A stretch of DNA of 64,000 nt from Nitrospirales bacterium (GTDB taxonomy: Bacteria > Nitrospirota > Nitrospiria > Nitrospirales > UBA8639), in contig CBDBCZ010000018.1 in NCBI GenBank assembly GCA_965203295.1, positions 992,001 through 1,056,000 on the forward strand, given 5' to 3'. Of the stretch, positions 11,096 through 24,659 are shown one piece after another. A program made the translations under genes and the position numbers. Numbering within the stretch: the first letter of the stretch is position 1; the number at the start of each line of letters is the position of its first letter. The notes below the pieces were generated by a model. The model saw only the letters and a program-made list of their open reading frames with translations. It did no database searches and was not told where the DNA came from.

Positions 11096-14000
11096 TCATC
11101 GAGGACACAGTCTGCCCCTCCTGAACCTGCGGTAGCAGACATCAACGCAGTAGATGGCAAGAGGGTCATTTGATAACAGGAAGTTCTCGGGAACTCCAGT
11201 AGCAGGGCAGTCTGCATGTGATGTAATAGTCTATGTAAGTCAAGGGCAGATGAACTAAATCAGAAAAGTTATACTGTTAACCAAAAAGTCGTTAATCTTA
11301 ACTGCACATTGTTTGAAACACGAACAACTAGTCTAAAGAATTACATGTAAGGGACACAGTATATTGTTATGGCAATACAGTAACCGTGCCCTCATGATTA
11401 TCATAAAATATTATAATTATTATAAAAATACTATCATTCAAAGATAAATTGCTAGACAGCTAGGCTAATAACCATGCATGCAAACTATATGACCAGTTAT
11501 AATAAGGATCATAAACTCACGATCATCTGATGTTATAATTATCCTTGTCTGGTTGCGTGTGATGGAGACAGGCACCTCAGAGGAGACTACGTCCAATCTG
11601 ACAAAGAAATGCTCGTTTGTTTCCAGGAAGTCGTCATTTATAATCTCAATTTCAGTGGTGTAGGTAGTCATGAGTGAGCTAAACGTCAAAGTTATGTCAA
11701 CAGCACGATAGTCATCTGGAGCTACATGAGAGAATAGAATATGAACATGCCGTAATTAGTATTCTTCACATTATTTGTATCTGTGAAAATACTGAATTTA
11801 CTCAGTAGGAGATAACCAGAATTGGTTAGTAGCAATTCTGTACATATATTGTCTTTGTAGATTACTTACTTGTAGCCACTCCATCTACTGTGTACATCCG
11901 CACAGTGACTGTCGTTTCTAATCTTCCTGACAACACCTGCACTGTCAATGGTACACTTCCAGTGCCTTCACTTGCATGATAACGAGCTTGAGTGAAGCCA
12001 ATGGCAATGCCTGCACAGATAAAAAGTATCAGAATGCAAGTTAATATGTACATGTAATTATACAGCGACTGCATAATTAAATACCATCATTATTGATAAT
12101 CGTTACGGTTGTAGTAGAAAGCTCTCCAAGTGACAGCCCTGTTTCTCCTCTTCGAGTGCTGAGCTCAACACTGAAGCTTTCCATGCCCTCTGCTATGCTA
12201 TCATCTATAATTTGTAATGTGAGGGTTTGCAGCTGTTGGTCACCACCAGGTGGGAGTGTTAATGTCTCGGTTGGAGCTGTGAAGTCTTCTCCAGCTGTAT
12301 TTGAGAGACAATGGTGTGAATCATTTGTACATAAGGTATAATAAGGTTTCCTTACCCGTTGCATTCATCAATAATACAGTAACAGTGACTTGCAATGGAG
12401 TGACATTCTCTCCTGTCTTGTCAACTGTCAGTACCAGTGTTCCATCGGCTTCACCTGCAGTGTACTCAGGTTGAGTGAACTGCACAGTCACCACTGTAGG
12501 TGGAGATGGTTGTTAGGATGAACTGCTCGCGAATTGCTATTGTATAGTTGTACTGTTATTGTGTAGTGTATTTCTCTCTAAACAACACTTAGTACGTTCT
12601 GCTCATTCACTGTACTTAGACTTGACAGTGTGGCACCTGCTTTTTGAGCTGCTAAGTATATGAAGATTCTCAATAGGCTCTGCAAAACAGTCAGTATTTT
12701 CACATTAGAAGAGGGGCAGGTTTCTACCTATGTTTCTCAGCTTGTGCAGGTGTCTTGGCTTTTTAAAGTGCCGCTTGACTGCTCTTCAGTAGGATCAGGA
12801 TCATTCTATATAATTCCCAGCTGCTTAGGACTACCCAGGTGTATGAGGCTAGCTAAGGACTGCCAGTGAATTGATTTTTTTTGCTATTTTAAAAAATAGC
12901 TTTGTCCTCAAAACTGAAGTTAAAAGTATATGTGTACCTTATGAGCATATGACCAAAATTTGGATATTTTGAGCAGCTCCTGAAACACATTTAAAGAGTA
13001 CTCCCACATTTAGGAGGGATAAGTTGAATTTTGTGGCCATGGGTCAGCCTACTCTGGTTCTCGGCCCTTCATACAATTTTAGTGTAACAACATGCAGATT
13101 ACACAACTCACAGTCATTGTCCTGGATAATTACAGTAGCTGTATCAGGAGAAAGGACCACCGTATTATCTGGGGAGTCCAGGGGACTACGAACTAGGTTT
13201 AGTGTGAAAGTTTCTGAGGGATCCTCCAAGAAAACATCATTAATGATCCCTATATTCACCAAGGCTGTCAGGTTGTTCTGATCCAAAACTAGTTCTGTTG
13301 TCAGTGGTGTAAAGTCAGTGGTAGCTGTAAACAGAGAAACAGACTGTCAAGAAGTCTATCTGGGCAGTTTATAAAGAACAAAAATTTAGTTTCAGTCTTA
13401 GTTAGCCAACAAAAATGAAAAGGGTTAGTAAAGTATTAGTTAACCATTTCTAATATAAATGGTCCGATTGAATTGTAATAAAAAAAGTAGTCCCTCTGAA
13501 GTTTTAGTTTTAGTTTACTAAATTCTTTTTTACTTCTAAGACCGCTTTTAATTATTTCAATTAATTAAAGCAACACTAGTCATAGCTCACCGTTATAATA
13601 TATGTACATACTTTATGTAATAGCTATATATGCTCACCTGTTGCTGTGTCAGTTGGAAGAACTGCCGTTGAGAGCATAACACGGATTTGTCTCTGAATAA
13701 TATTATCACCATCCAGTACGGCCGCGGTGACTGTTACAAAGGCAGCTGATTCCATCACTGTGTATTCTGCCTCATCAAATCCAATTATGACAACTTTAGA
13801 AAGATAATAATAATTTAATATTGTTTCAATAGTAACTACTTCTCATGTTAAATGTAGCAACACTCAAATAGGCAGCTGTATGCAGTCTGTTTTCATTATT
13901 CTAGGTGCAGTAACCCCCCAAATCATAAGATGTTAGTAGAAAACAAAACAACTTTTGCTGTAAATCATTAGCCTTGTCATCAGCAACACCATTCGCATGA

Positions 14001-17000
14001 ACAATAACATTTTGATGAAGAGGAGGGGAAGCTGCATGTAAGTTATTGGATGTACTAAGCTTAAGCAAACTTACGTCTATTTAACAAGAGAAACCCATAA
14101 ACATGAAACATCTTGATAAACGTTTTCTGAGCTGTACCTTCATACTGGCAAACATGGCAAAGGGTAGCTGTGCAGCATATTATGTCTTAGAAATTCCTGA
14201 CAATCATGGAAATCCTAACCAAAATTTTAATGGCAACGCTTTTTGTGTATCGCATATTGTTGATGCAGCTTTGTAGAAACTGAAAGTAGGATTCCTTTCT
14301 GATCGTCTCACAAGGATAAAGTTAGCAATGTGATGTTAAGCCGTTGCTCTACATCTTGTTCTACCAAGTGTAGGGGGAATGCAGTTAGGGATTGCTCACA
14401 ATGACTATCCGTTATTTCCACAACAGTCAGATCTGGCACCAGGAAAAAGTATGGAGGTAGTCCATCTGGATGACTGAAAGGATCTGGAAATATCTGCACC
14501 GTGAAAGTCTCAGTTTCCTCTAACAGATTATCATTGTTGATAACCACTTGAATACAAGATCTATTGTTGATAGAAGTGATGTCATCAAGGATTAGATCAT
14601 CATTACCCTCCGATAGTCGTCCATAATCCCCAGGATCTATATGTTACAAAACCGCATATCAAAAAAAGAGAGGATATAATTATGGTGGCAAAATAACCAA
14701 CCTGCAGCAGTGCCCCTGATGGTAATTGCAGCAAGGGTGATACTGGTGTCACGCGGAAATGTATTGCCTGTGACACTCAGAGTACGAACACAGATTTCAA
14801 GAATGCCACGCCTCTCATTCACAGAAGTAAATAGTTCCTCCCATCCAATCGTCACAGTTGCTGCATAAAAAATTCACAACTGTGAACAACTGAACTATTC
14901 TTAAGGAACTGAGCTACATGTACATTTCACATGAAACTCTTCCCCGCGTTTGTATTCTTTTGAACCTATTGTCTGTTCTGTTGTACACTTGGGAGTGAAT
15001 ATTTGTTCACAATAACTAAAATGTATGTTAATGCATGCTTTTTGCTTTTAACCTGCTGACTATGTTGGAAATCCTTCACCTACAGCATACCAACTAACCA
15101 TCATCATCAACAATGAAAATCTGTGTAGCAGCAAAGAGAGCACTGCCATCAGGAAGTGGGCCACCGAGATTGATATTCAGCCCTGATTCTTCTAGTGACA
15201 GTTCAACACGAAACACCTCAAGTAGTTCAACTTCGTCATCATTAATTAACTCATAGATGTAGGGTAAGCTTTGCTGATCCGATGAAAACACGTTGGACTG
15301 AATCAGAGGAGTAGTTATATCTGTGCCACTGAAATCCTGTTGATCAATATTTGCAGCACTTGGACCACTTCCTGTGATTGCGTTGAACGTTACCTGAAAT
15401 GTTAACTCCGACTGCTGATTGTTCCCTTTGATGACTGGGATTGTAGTTTGATCACCAGTAGCATTTAATAATTCAGAAACTGTGTAGCTGCTCTGCTCAA
15501 ATCCAATAATGAGAGCTGTATAAAAAGAAGTTAAACAGCATCTACATCTCTATCCTCGTACCCAACAAATATATCTATAGCCTCGTACCCAACTGCACCA
15601 ACTTCTTCCACTTACAGGAAGAAAGCCTGTGCAGAGGGAGTTACAACCACATGATAGCAACCTCACCCACTTATATACGAAGCAATGTCATACCGTACTG
15701 ATGTACGGTTAAAAGTTCCTGCACTATTGTGCTCCTTTATACTACCCAAGTACAAAGATAAAGTCGGAGAAGGGAGCATATATACATAAAAAAGTACTTT
15801 GCCAAAAAGTGCTAAAACAAGTCATGTAGGGATGCACTTCCACCAAAAAACACTTACCCAAAAACCAATGAAACAAGCGACAATGCACTGCAATGCATGT
15901 GCAGACTACTAACAGGATAGCTAAATGCATTGCGATGTGATGTGTGCACATCACATCGCAATGCATTTAGCTATCCTGTTAGTATTTTTAAAAAAAGCTG
16001 GAAAGGCTGGGAACAATACTAGCACAGTATTTATATCAACTAACCACACCTAGAATATAGCTATACACCTTCTTTCCATTACATTAATGGACAAGTGCAT
16101 CTGTAATTAGGTAATCCTTCTATCTCAAAGCATTAGATAAAGTTCTTTTTTACTACATGACATGATAATATACCACTCCTCTCGTCCTGATACTGCATAC
16201 TCTAAACAGTCTCTTCTCTATACCCTCATACAAAGCAAACAGTACTGCATTCCCACACTTACGATCATTATCAATGATTCTTCCCAGAGTGGCAAAACGT
16301 CCACTTTCTAGATCAACTCTAGCTGGATCCACTGCATCAACCACAACTAGAAGTATGACAAATAATTGTACTGCCTCATTGATAGTATCATCTACTATTC
16401 CAATATCGATTATCTGAACAGCTGCATTTCCAGCTGGGAATGTGATTGAAATTCCGGTATTGCTAAGTCTTGAATACCTGATGAAACAAGAGCTAATTAA
16501 TATCTGTATACATGCTTCTTACATTGATATGCTTCTACTTACTTGTGGCAATGATTGGTCGTCTGAAATTGAAACTTGGAACAACAGGAATTACATCAAG
16601 GACGGGTGATTGTGAATTATTTACAGAAGCATAGTCCACTGGAGTAGCCACAACAGTCAGGTCAGTGCCTATGTTAGTAAGCAGCTGCACAAATGGACGT
16701 ATAATCCTCATTCCTTCGACACTTGAATAGACTGAATCAATAAACTGGAGAACAGCCGCTGGAGATGAGAGTATGAAGCACATGTAATATAAATAATGTA
16801 TGATTGTGTGAAATTGGTCGCGCAATGCTAGGGGGCCAATAGCACCTACGTATGTATCGCACACTTGGCTTGGCGGTAATGCAAACACCGGTTACACACT
16901 GTGACAAAGTCAACCGGTTAATAAACATAAGACCACAAGACAGAGTAGTCCTTCCATGCAGTGGCGCATGCTGGCCCAGTGCCAAATTTGGTGAGAGCCC

Positions 17001-19979
17001 GTCAAACACATGCCTGCCTCAGTTTGCCAGGCACTGCTAGGAATCATCATTTTTCACACTAAAGAATGCCTTGCAAGAAATCACAAGTGGTAAAATAGTG
17101 GATGGATAGTCAGAGAAGCAATAGCTTGCATACCCCTTATATTCTCACATCCTGTTACAATGTGGTGGATCACAGAATGTTAAGCTACTGAGTCAGAAAC
17201 ACTCTAACTACACTTGGTAACCCCTGGTATCTGGTATTCTGACTTGTAAGATACTCCAAATAAAGGGTATAACCATACCGAGTCAGGGAACTCCTTTTAA
17301 TGGATTTTGTAACTCTTATATAAATAGAGAAGCTGTAAATGCACAGTGCAGCTATGTGGATTATTGGGCCAAATCAAAGTTACAGCAAACACAAGGTTAG
17401 TAAGTCCTTGAAATGGTAGATTTGGGGCTATCACAAACTTGACACCACAGCTTGTACGCATTATGAATAATAAATTTCATGCTCTCAAAAATAGCTTTTA
17501 ATTACATGTGCTCTCTATGGACAGTGGATGCTTCATACCAAAACTGCAACATTAGATGATGCATATTGTTAATAGTACGTTAATATACCTTCTCTGTCTT
17601 CAATCACAACTCGAATTGTTGGAATTGCAAATGTATTGGGGGCTCCAGCATTCAGTGCAGCACGTGCAGCACGTGCAGCAGCATTGGCACCCGTCAGAGT
17701 CAGTGTGAAATCTTCAGGTCGCTCCAATGCTATTCTGTCAACTCGAATGACGGTCTGAATGCCGGCTGGTACAGTAGCATCACCTATTGTAACACTCCTA
17801 GAACCTAATGGAACTATGAAGTCATCGTTGGCACCCTCCCCTGCAATGGAAAGAGGTTGGAGCATTTAGCTACTGTATACATCATATACATGTCATGTCC
17901 ATGTAGATTTCACAGTAGTTTGTGTAGTCTGAATTTGCTAATTAGAAAAGTGGCTGCCAAGGAAAGTGGGTATGATGGGAGCCAAGCAGACTATATGAGT
18001 GAAACCATGTAGAGGTAGGCAGAGGAAGACTTGGAGGAGAGTAATTACTTCCTCTGCCTACCTTTATGTGGTTTTACTGCCCACTCATTATCCCACCATT
18101 TAGGTGCACTCTTAGCTATCCTCCTACCTCTTAAGGACTCTAACCCAAAACCCTCTTCATACTGCTTCATTACACATTTTAAAAGAGCAACCAAATACCT
18201 TAATAGCAACTTTAATCTTTGATCCACATCCTTTCTTCATAGCTTACATTTTAATAATACTCCCCCTCTCCTCTATTGCTCTCTGGAAAACCTTGCCTAG
18301 CAAAGGTTCTGCAAATTTCCATAGTGCATGAGCTTTTATTTGCAGTACCACACACATACAACAAAACTTGATACACTATTAATAGCTGCTTATACATGTA
18401 CATGGGAATGGTGGACAGACATAATTAGTATAATATCTGTTCCTACATGTGGAATTGCTGTGCATTGTTGCATTAGCAAGCTGAATCAGCCTTGTATACA
18501 TCCAAGCTGAACGGCCATGAGTTGTTGGATGACAGTGCATTCACTCACTTGCTGTTCCTGGTGTTACTGTGACAGTGAAACGTAATTCTCCTCTACTATC
18601 CTGCTGCAAAAATTCTTCAAAAAGTGCTCCTTTAATAAACCCTGCTTCCAGTATAGTAACATCAGCACGCTCTTCAATTGAAACGTCAGACCCATCCAGC
18701 CATCCAAACACTGCCGTGACAGAGACATGCACGACATGAGTGAGAGGGCCTCGTATAGTGTGCTAAATAACAAGACAGTGTGTCAAACAGAGGGTGGGTG
18801 CATACATGTATGCAAATTTAGATTCTGATTGAAATTTCTTCTTGTAGTTATCAGGAAAACTGTAGCTATACGCAATGTGAATCAGGGCAGAGATATGGGG
18901 GGGATCTGTGTGGATTAATATTCTGCTCCTTAAAGAATCTAGAATGCAATGTCACCATATTTGAAAGCTCTGCTTTTGAGCTGCACTAGTCATGTATGTG
19001 TATTTGCTTCGTCTATGATCATGCGCAGGGTTACATCCCCCCCCCTTATTGGTAGCTATCTTTTCCCTTATAATTAGGTAATATTGCAAAGGGTCTGTAG
19101 TGAAGATGTGAAAGCTGTACCCACTTCCAGTCATACATGTTTTAGTGCTAGTTTATCCGAATAAATAGACAATTGTGTCCAATCGTTCAATTATACAAAA
19201 CCTTAAAGTTTGCCATACAAAACTGTTGCCCTGAATAAACTTCTCACAACTACCTAAATTTCAACCACTGAGGACCATTATTAATTTTGGTAATCAGTAT
19301 AAGAAGTGTGACACTAGCAATATAGTGACACTAGCAGTATAGTGCATTAAATTTACATTACTGTGCATGTAGCCCTGAGAATTGTGAAAGAAGTAGCTAA
19401 AGCCATATATTGTATAGCAATTGCACTGTAGCAACTTACCAATGCAGGCTTGACAGGATTGGTCCCCAGAAGTCTGCCTGTAGAACTGCCCAGAAGAGGA
19501 TTGCACACAGCATTCTTCAATGCTTCCAGCCGTGAAACTAGCATCAAAGCTTCCACACCTTAATTCACCGGCATTTGAAGGTGCAGTGAAGCATCGGACC
19601 GGTTGTGTATTCACTAAAAGGGAGAGAAGAATTATGGTGATACTGCTGTCCTACAAACCTTACAAAACTTTTCTCCTTGGCTCCTTATAGGTTTTGCAGA
19701 CAGTTCTTCGTAAATACCATGCAAAGAACTGCTGGAAAGTTCACCCTGAATGAAAAGGACTGACATTACTCCACCCACTGACAGACAAACTGTACTGATT
19801 AAGATGTGCCTGAGTGAGCCTCACACTAGCAATATCCCAGTCTGCCTCATTCACACAGTGAGTGTAGTCAGTAAATTAGCTGCTAACACTATGTAATAAT
19901 GTACACAACAGTCACCTTTTGCCACTAAGGCAGTGAGAAGGCAGGTTGCAAGCAAAGCCACTGCACCATGTAGCGACAT
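11096..19979 (-). CDS. Unit B: secreted Calx-beta repeat protein (signal peptide, 6-Cys module, 7 Calx-beta, Cys/Arg tail); 1-nt frameshift in exon 6
   Basis: 16 exons: 19916-19979 (MSLHGAVALLATCLLTALVAK), 19440-19613, 18549-18710, 17589-17840, 16543-16758, 16263-16477 (215 nt, missing a G near 16464), 15099-15515, 14702-14860, 14400-14636, 13638-13793, 13112-13324, 12356-12493, 12085-12294, 11870-12010, 11521-11721, 11096-11211 (stop TGA). Sum 3071 nt, one short of in-frame; no TM segment. Confidence 0.8.
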
Positions 19980-20344
19980 CCTACCATCCAGCAATATTGC
20001 CTTATCAATATCTAGTGTTCAATTACAAAAATGAACACACACAGAAAAGGCAAACTAAACTAAGTTAAACTTGCCGTTGATTGTTTATATTGAGACATGC
20101 TGTTTTGTACAAGAAATGAATTCCTTATTTGTGCACATGCATGCTGATAATCATGCAAGCGGGGGCATTGTTTTGCTTACGAACATTTATATAGGGCTCT
20201 ACCCAATTGAATGCATGGAATACAATCACCTTATTTTATGGTCTGGGCAAGAATCATATAGTCACGAACATACATGGGCAAAGGTAAAATTCATACTTTA
20301 TGTTGTTTTTTTTGCTGAAAATGGATATAATTAGTATTTTACAC

Positions 20345-20590
20345 TCAATGTAAGTATCCTCGTTTCTAGGCTCCTCCATGTACATTTGCAAAAAAAAAGC
20401 AAAAAAATGAAAATGGAAGTTAGGAGAGAGACAATGTAAGTATCCTCGTTTCTAGGCTCCTCCATGTACATTTGCAAAAAAAAAGCAAAAAAAAAGAAAA
20501 TGGAAGTTAGGAGAGAGACAATGTGAGTATCCTCGTTTCTAGGCAAAAAAAAAGCAAAAAAAAACCGAAAATTAGGAAAAAAAGAGTCTG
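20345..20590. repeat. Tandem triplication of a ~86-bp unit upstream of unit B
   Basis: caatgt(a/g)agtatcctcgtttctaggc occurs three times; single copy at the paralogous site near 8503. Confidence 0.8.
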
Positions 20591-22510
20591 GTAGATACTA
20601 AAATGTGTGCGGCCTGACATGACATTGGGTAGAGGTTGGACAATGACGAAAAGAACACTAGGACAGACCATGATGTGTATTATCAGTCTCAGCACTGTCA
20701 GTACTCCTCCATACAGCAATACACCATAGCAACCCTCGTAGCGATGTTGTTGTGTTGTCGCCTGGAATTCTGAAGTCTTGGACTCCTCATTTTCTCTGTC
20801 AAAAAACAGTTACTATGTATATCTACACCCAAGTGTTGGCCTGTTTATGCACCTAATTGGCGCGTGTGGGCTTTAGGAACCTATGTAACCAAGCCGATCA
20901 TGTTTGATGTAATGTAGTTTAATCAAGGTTGCCTACGTTCATTCCCGTATCTATGCCACACAGTGGATAATGCTAATGGGTGTTCTTTATCAGTCTGGTC
21001 GCTGTAGCAGAAACATAAACAGACTTGTTTGAGTCTACAATGCCGGCCTCCGTTGCAGGAGTAAGAAAGTGTGTGTGGGTTTTACTTCTAAGTAAAACCC
21101 ACACACACTTTCTTACTTTATGTCCATTAGCTAAAGCTAATGGACATAAAATTAGCTGAGTGCTACCGTGGAGTTATTTGGCTACCCTCATCCCAGTCCT
21201 GGTTTATGGGTTAGCTACACTGTTCATACTGATCAATCCATAGCTATATTTTATACATCTTGTGAAAGTAGCTACATGCAATTAGGATCCTGAATGAGAG
21301 AGAATGAGCTGGGAAGTTGGGGAAGGGAGGAGATTGTGGAAGAGTAGTCAGTGGACATTTGAGGTAAAAATATTATGTCTACCAAAAATAGGTCACAAGA
21401 AACCTATAAACATACAAGTAGTTCCTAATATAGTCCAGACTACATAACTACATCATTACACAATCATGTACAATATCACTTGTTTTGTACAATTAGCCAG
21501 ACCATACACCACCAATACAAAAATTAATTAGATGTTAAAGATACGTAGCTGATTGGCTCTGTAGCCAGAGTCAGCTCTAGGCTGATCACACCCACTTGGT
21601 TTCATCATGAGATAGTGCCTTCCAGAGTCCACTCCGGCTATTAGCTTTTTCACTCTGTTGTAAAACATGTGACCAAAAGTCATTACATTCCCATTGTTGA
21701 CTGTGCAGAATGGAAAGTTAACTATCGACATCTGCATCTACCCACGCAATGTGGAATACATGTAACAACCGTCGGATATCCCACACCCGCTCGATGAGGG
21801 AATACTTCAAGAGGGAATATCAAGTGGGTAATAATTGCATTTATAGGCAATTAACTAGATATTCATTTTGACAAGCACTGGTGTACGCTGTTCAAAGTGT
21901 ACCACTGGGTGGTGCCTCTGAACTATAGCACATTGCACGTTCCCAGGCCTTCATTCCAGCTGCTGTCTTTTGCAATACGAAAAGCGGGGTGTAATGTTTT
22001 TTTACGTGATGCGAAGAAAAAAACCCGCAGAGTGGAGCCTGCCAAACAAGGCACGGTGCTGTGAAATGCAGTTTCCTTTGAACAGAATTAAGCTGCATGA
22101 TATCAGCAGAAATTTGAGGTGTTGTGATAGCAGTTGAAAGGAGAAATCCAAATTGCTGCAGCAGTCTAACTAATCTAACTAACTAAATCTAACTAGTATG
22201 AATGGGAAACTAACCTAGTTGTTATGTCAGCCATATAAGGTCATTCTGCTATTAACCATCTCTCACCAGTCAGTCATTCACTATGCAGCTATACATGTAT
22301 GGTGGGTGGAAATATACTGTGCACTATAAAACTCACTAATTGGGAAGCCTCTCTACTACGTAATGTTGTTGTCTGAATCACTCCACAATACAGATTTGGT
22401 ATTAAAAGAATCAGCAGATTGTTGCTGATACCATATCATTGCTGTGCCTATATTGGGCGCGGGGAGCAGCGGATGTGACGCTAGTCTCGTGAAAGGGGGT
22501 GTGGCTCCCC

Positions 22511-22573
22511 TAGTCTCGTGCCAAGACAGTCGCTCTTCCCCTCACTCAGAGCGTCGGTCTGGGCACGAGACTA
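22511..22573. mobile_element. 63-bp MITE (TAGTCTCGTGCC TIR) with 9-bp TSD
   Basis: TSD tggctcccc on both sides; ends related to the 7439-7543 element. Confidence 0.85.
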
Positions 22574-22789
22574 TGGCTCCCCGTAGTACATATTGCATGA
22601 AGAGGCGCCAGTACATGTAAAGCCAAAATATCACAAAGGTACAGACCAGGATATGCCTCTGAGCATATATGCTAGCTATTATAATAGCCATGTAGCTATT
22701 TGTGACTGTAATTCTAATTTCTGGGGAAAGGATTCAGACAAAGCCAAATGGAACCAGAGTCTGAAATGTTGCAGAATTATATATCTGTA

Positions 22790-22985
22790 CACAGCCAGAT
22801 AGTCACATAGGAAGTTACTACAGCCGCACACAGCCCATTCAGTCTAACTTCCCTCATAGGAAGTTTCTAGCTGTACATAGCCCCTTCAGTCTAACTTCCC
22901 TCATAAAATTCTAGCTGTACACAGCCCATTCAGTCTAACTTCCGGGAATCCCTCGTAACACAGCCCATTCAGTCTAACTTCCTGA
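22790..22985 (+). repeat. Minisatellite, ~40-50-bp unit, 4 copies
   Basis: (c/t)agccc(a/c)ttcagtctaacttcc repeated four times. Confidence 0.8.
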
Positions 22986-23123
22986 CCATATGGTGTTCCT
23001 ATACCCTGCATTCATGGTAGCTAGTGTTCACAGTAACTACCACACTCTAGCCATTGTAGCTGTACATGTAATACTTATTACCTGCATGATTGGTAATACT
23101 TACCTGCATGCTTATTTGCTATA

Positions 23124-23864
23124 CAGTGGAACCTCCGAGAAGAGGACGCTTTGGGGAAATGGCTTTTGTCCCTTGTAGAGAAGTTGTCCCTATCTCGGAG
23201 GTTCGTCTTTTTTTCATTACACCACCCTATAATACAGGTTGTTTTTTTTTAAATTAATTTTTATCCTTTAAATTATATATAATGAGTTATGACAGTCATG
23301 CAGTGTTCAGCTATGAAAGTAATCATGTAGAGTGGTCTGAAGTGATGATTTTTATAATTTAGTTTCAAGAGTCATGATGTATTGACATAGACAATATAGC
23401 CTAACCTATTATTAGTTAGGCTATATTATTTATGGTCAACTGAGGAGGAGAGCACTGGCTAGTCTAATGTAGCAGTTTATAGCTACAGTTTTAACTTACA
23501 GGATTACTAACCTTCGCAATAAAGCGCGCTCGAAATGCTCATTGGAGTCCATCAAGTTCCATCGCTACGATGACGTCGCACTTTAGCGGGCGTCACAGTA
23601 CGATAACGTGACGTAACCTGGCTCGCGAGACTAACGTAGACCTGAAAATTAATCGGGGGGTGTGGCCAAGTGTCCGCTACTTGGAAAGATGCCAGTCTGG
23701 ACTTTGCTAGTGTCCGTTGTCCGGGGCAGAGAGGCGGAGAGGCGGTCGCTTCTCGGAGGTTACTTTTACATTAAACGCATGCTAAAATCAATCGGTGCTT
23801 TTGTGTTTGTCCGCTCGAGGGAGGTTCTCCGCTTCTGGGAGGCTCGTTAAGAGAGGCTCCACTA
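23124..23864. mobile_element. Tc1/mariner-pogo-type MITE (CAGTGGAACCTC TIR, TA flanks)
   Basis: ta|cagtggaacctccg ... gagaggctccacta|ta; same family as 57607-58363. Confidence 0.75.
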
Positions 23865-24659
23865 TATACTAAATAACCATTCCTACCATTATAACAGGTT
23901 ATACATGTACTTTAAGTAACTTTATAAAATTCTTGTGGTCCCTATATTGAGCCACAGTCTACTGCAAGTGTCGGATGCCAGAGTTACCTGGTGAACGAAT
24001 GATAGAGTGTTCTATGTGTAAGGACTGGTACCCGCATAGACACTTGTGTGGGTGGTCCACCACTTCCTAGCCATCTTGACAGCAGTTTATCCTGGTTTTG
24101 TAACAAGTGTTTGTAAACTGCCCACATGTTGTTTATTTGTATTAAAAAGGACATCAGATTCTATGAGGGGGGTCCATATTTTCCAAAGAAAAAGTTTTGG
24201 GGGGTCAGTATGCTTTAGAAAAATAGTTTGGGCACATGACTTTGAAGGGGTCCAAATTTTTCAGAGGGGGTCCAAATTTACATGTAGCAGTAAAATAAGT
24301 TCCGGGGGGTCCATATTTTTGGAAAAATTAGTTCCGGGGGGAACCAATTTTGGGGGGTCCATTTTTACTGTGACAGGCCTCAAATGAGCACTTCGAGTGC
24401 ACTCTATTGCGCAAAGGATAGTGGCTGTATAGTCCTGTAGTGCAAACCATGCACAGCTGTAACTGCTACGCTAGACAAACTACGACGATGTGCATTAAAT
24501 AGAGTCATTGCCATTCGTCTACATGCAACCTGGGGCTGTGAAGAGCTACTGCCTCCACATGGCTCAGGCAGGAAACTGAATCTGTCGCCTACACAATGGT
24601 CTACTGCCACTGGTATACAAAGTGCTTTGGCTACTAAACAAGTCTGACGTGAGTCATGT

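Noticed and set aside
22790..22985. Repeat-spacer-like pattern resembling CRISPR
   Set aside because: Eukaryotic context, spacers resemble each other, no cas genes; it is a minisatellite.
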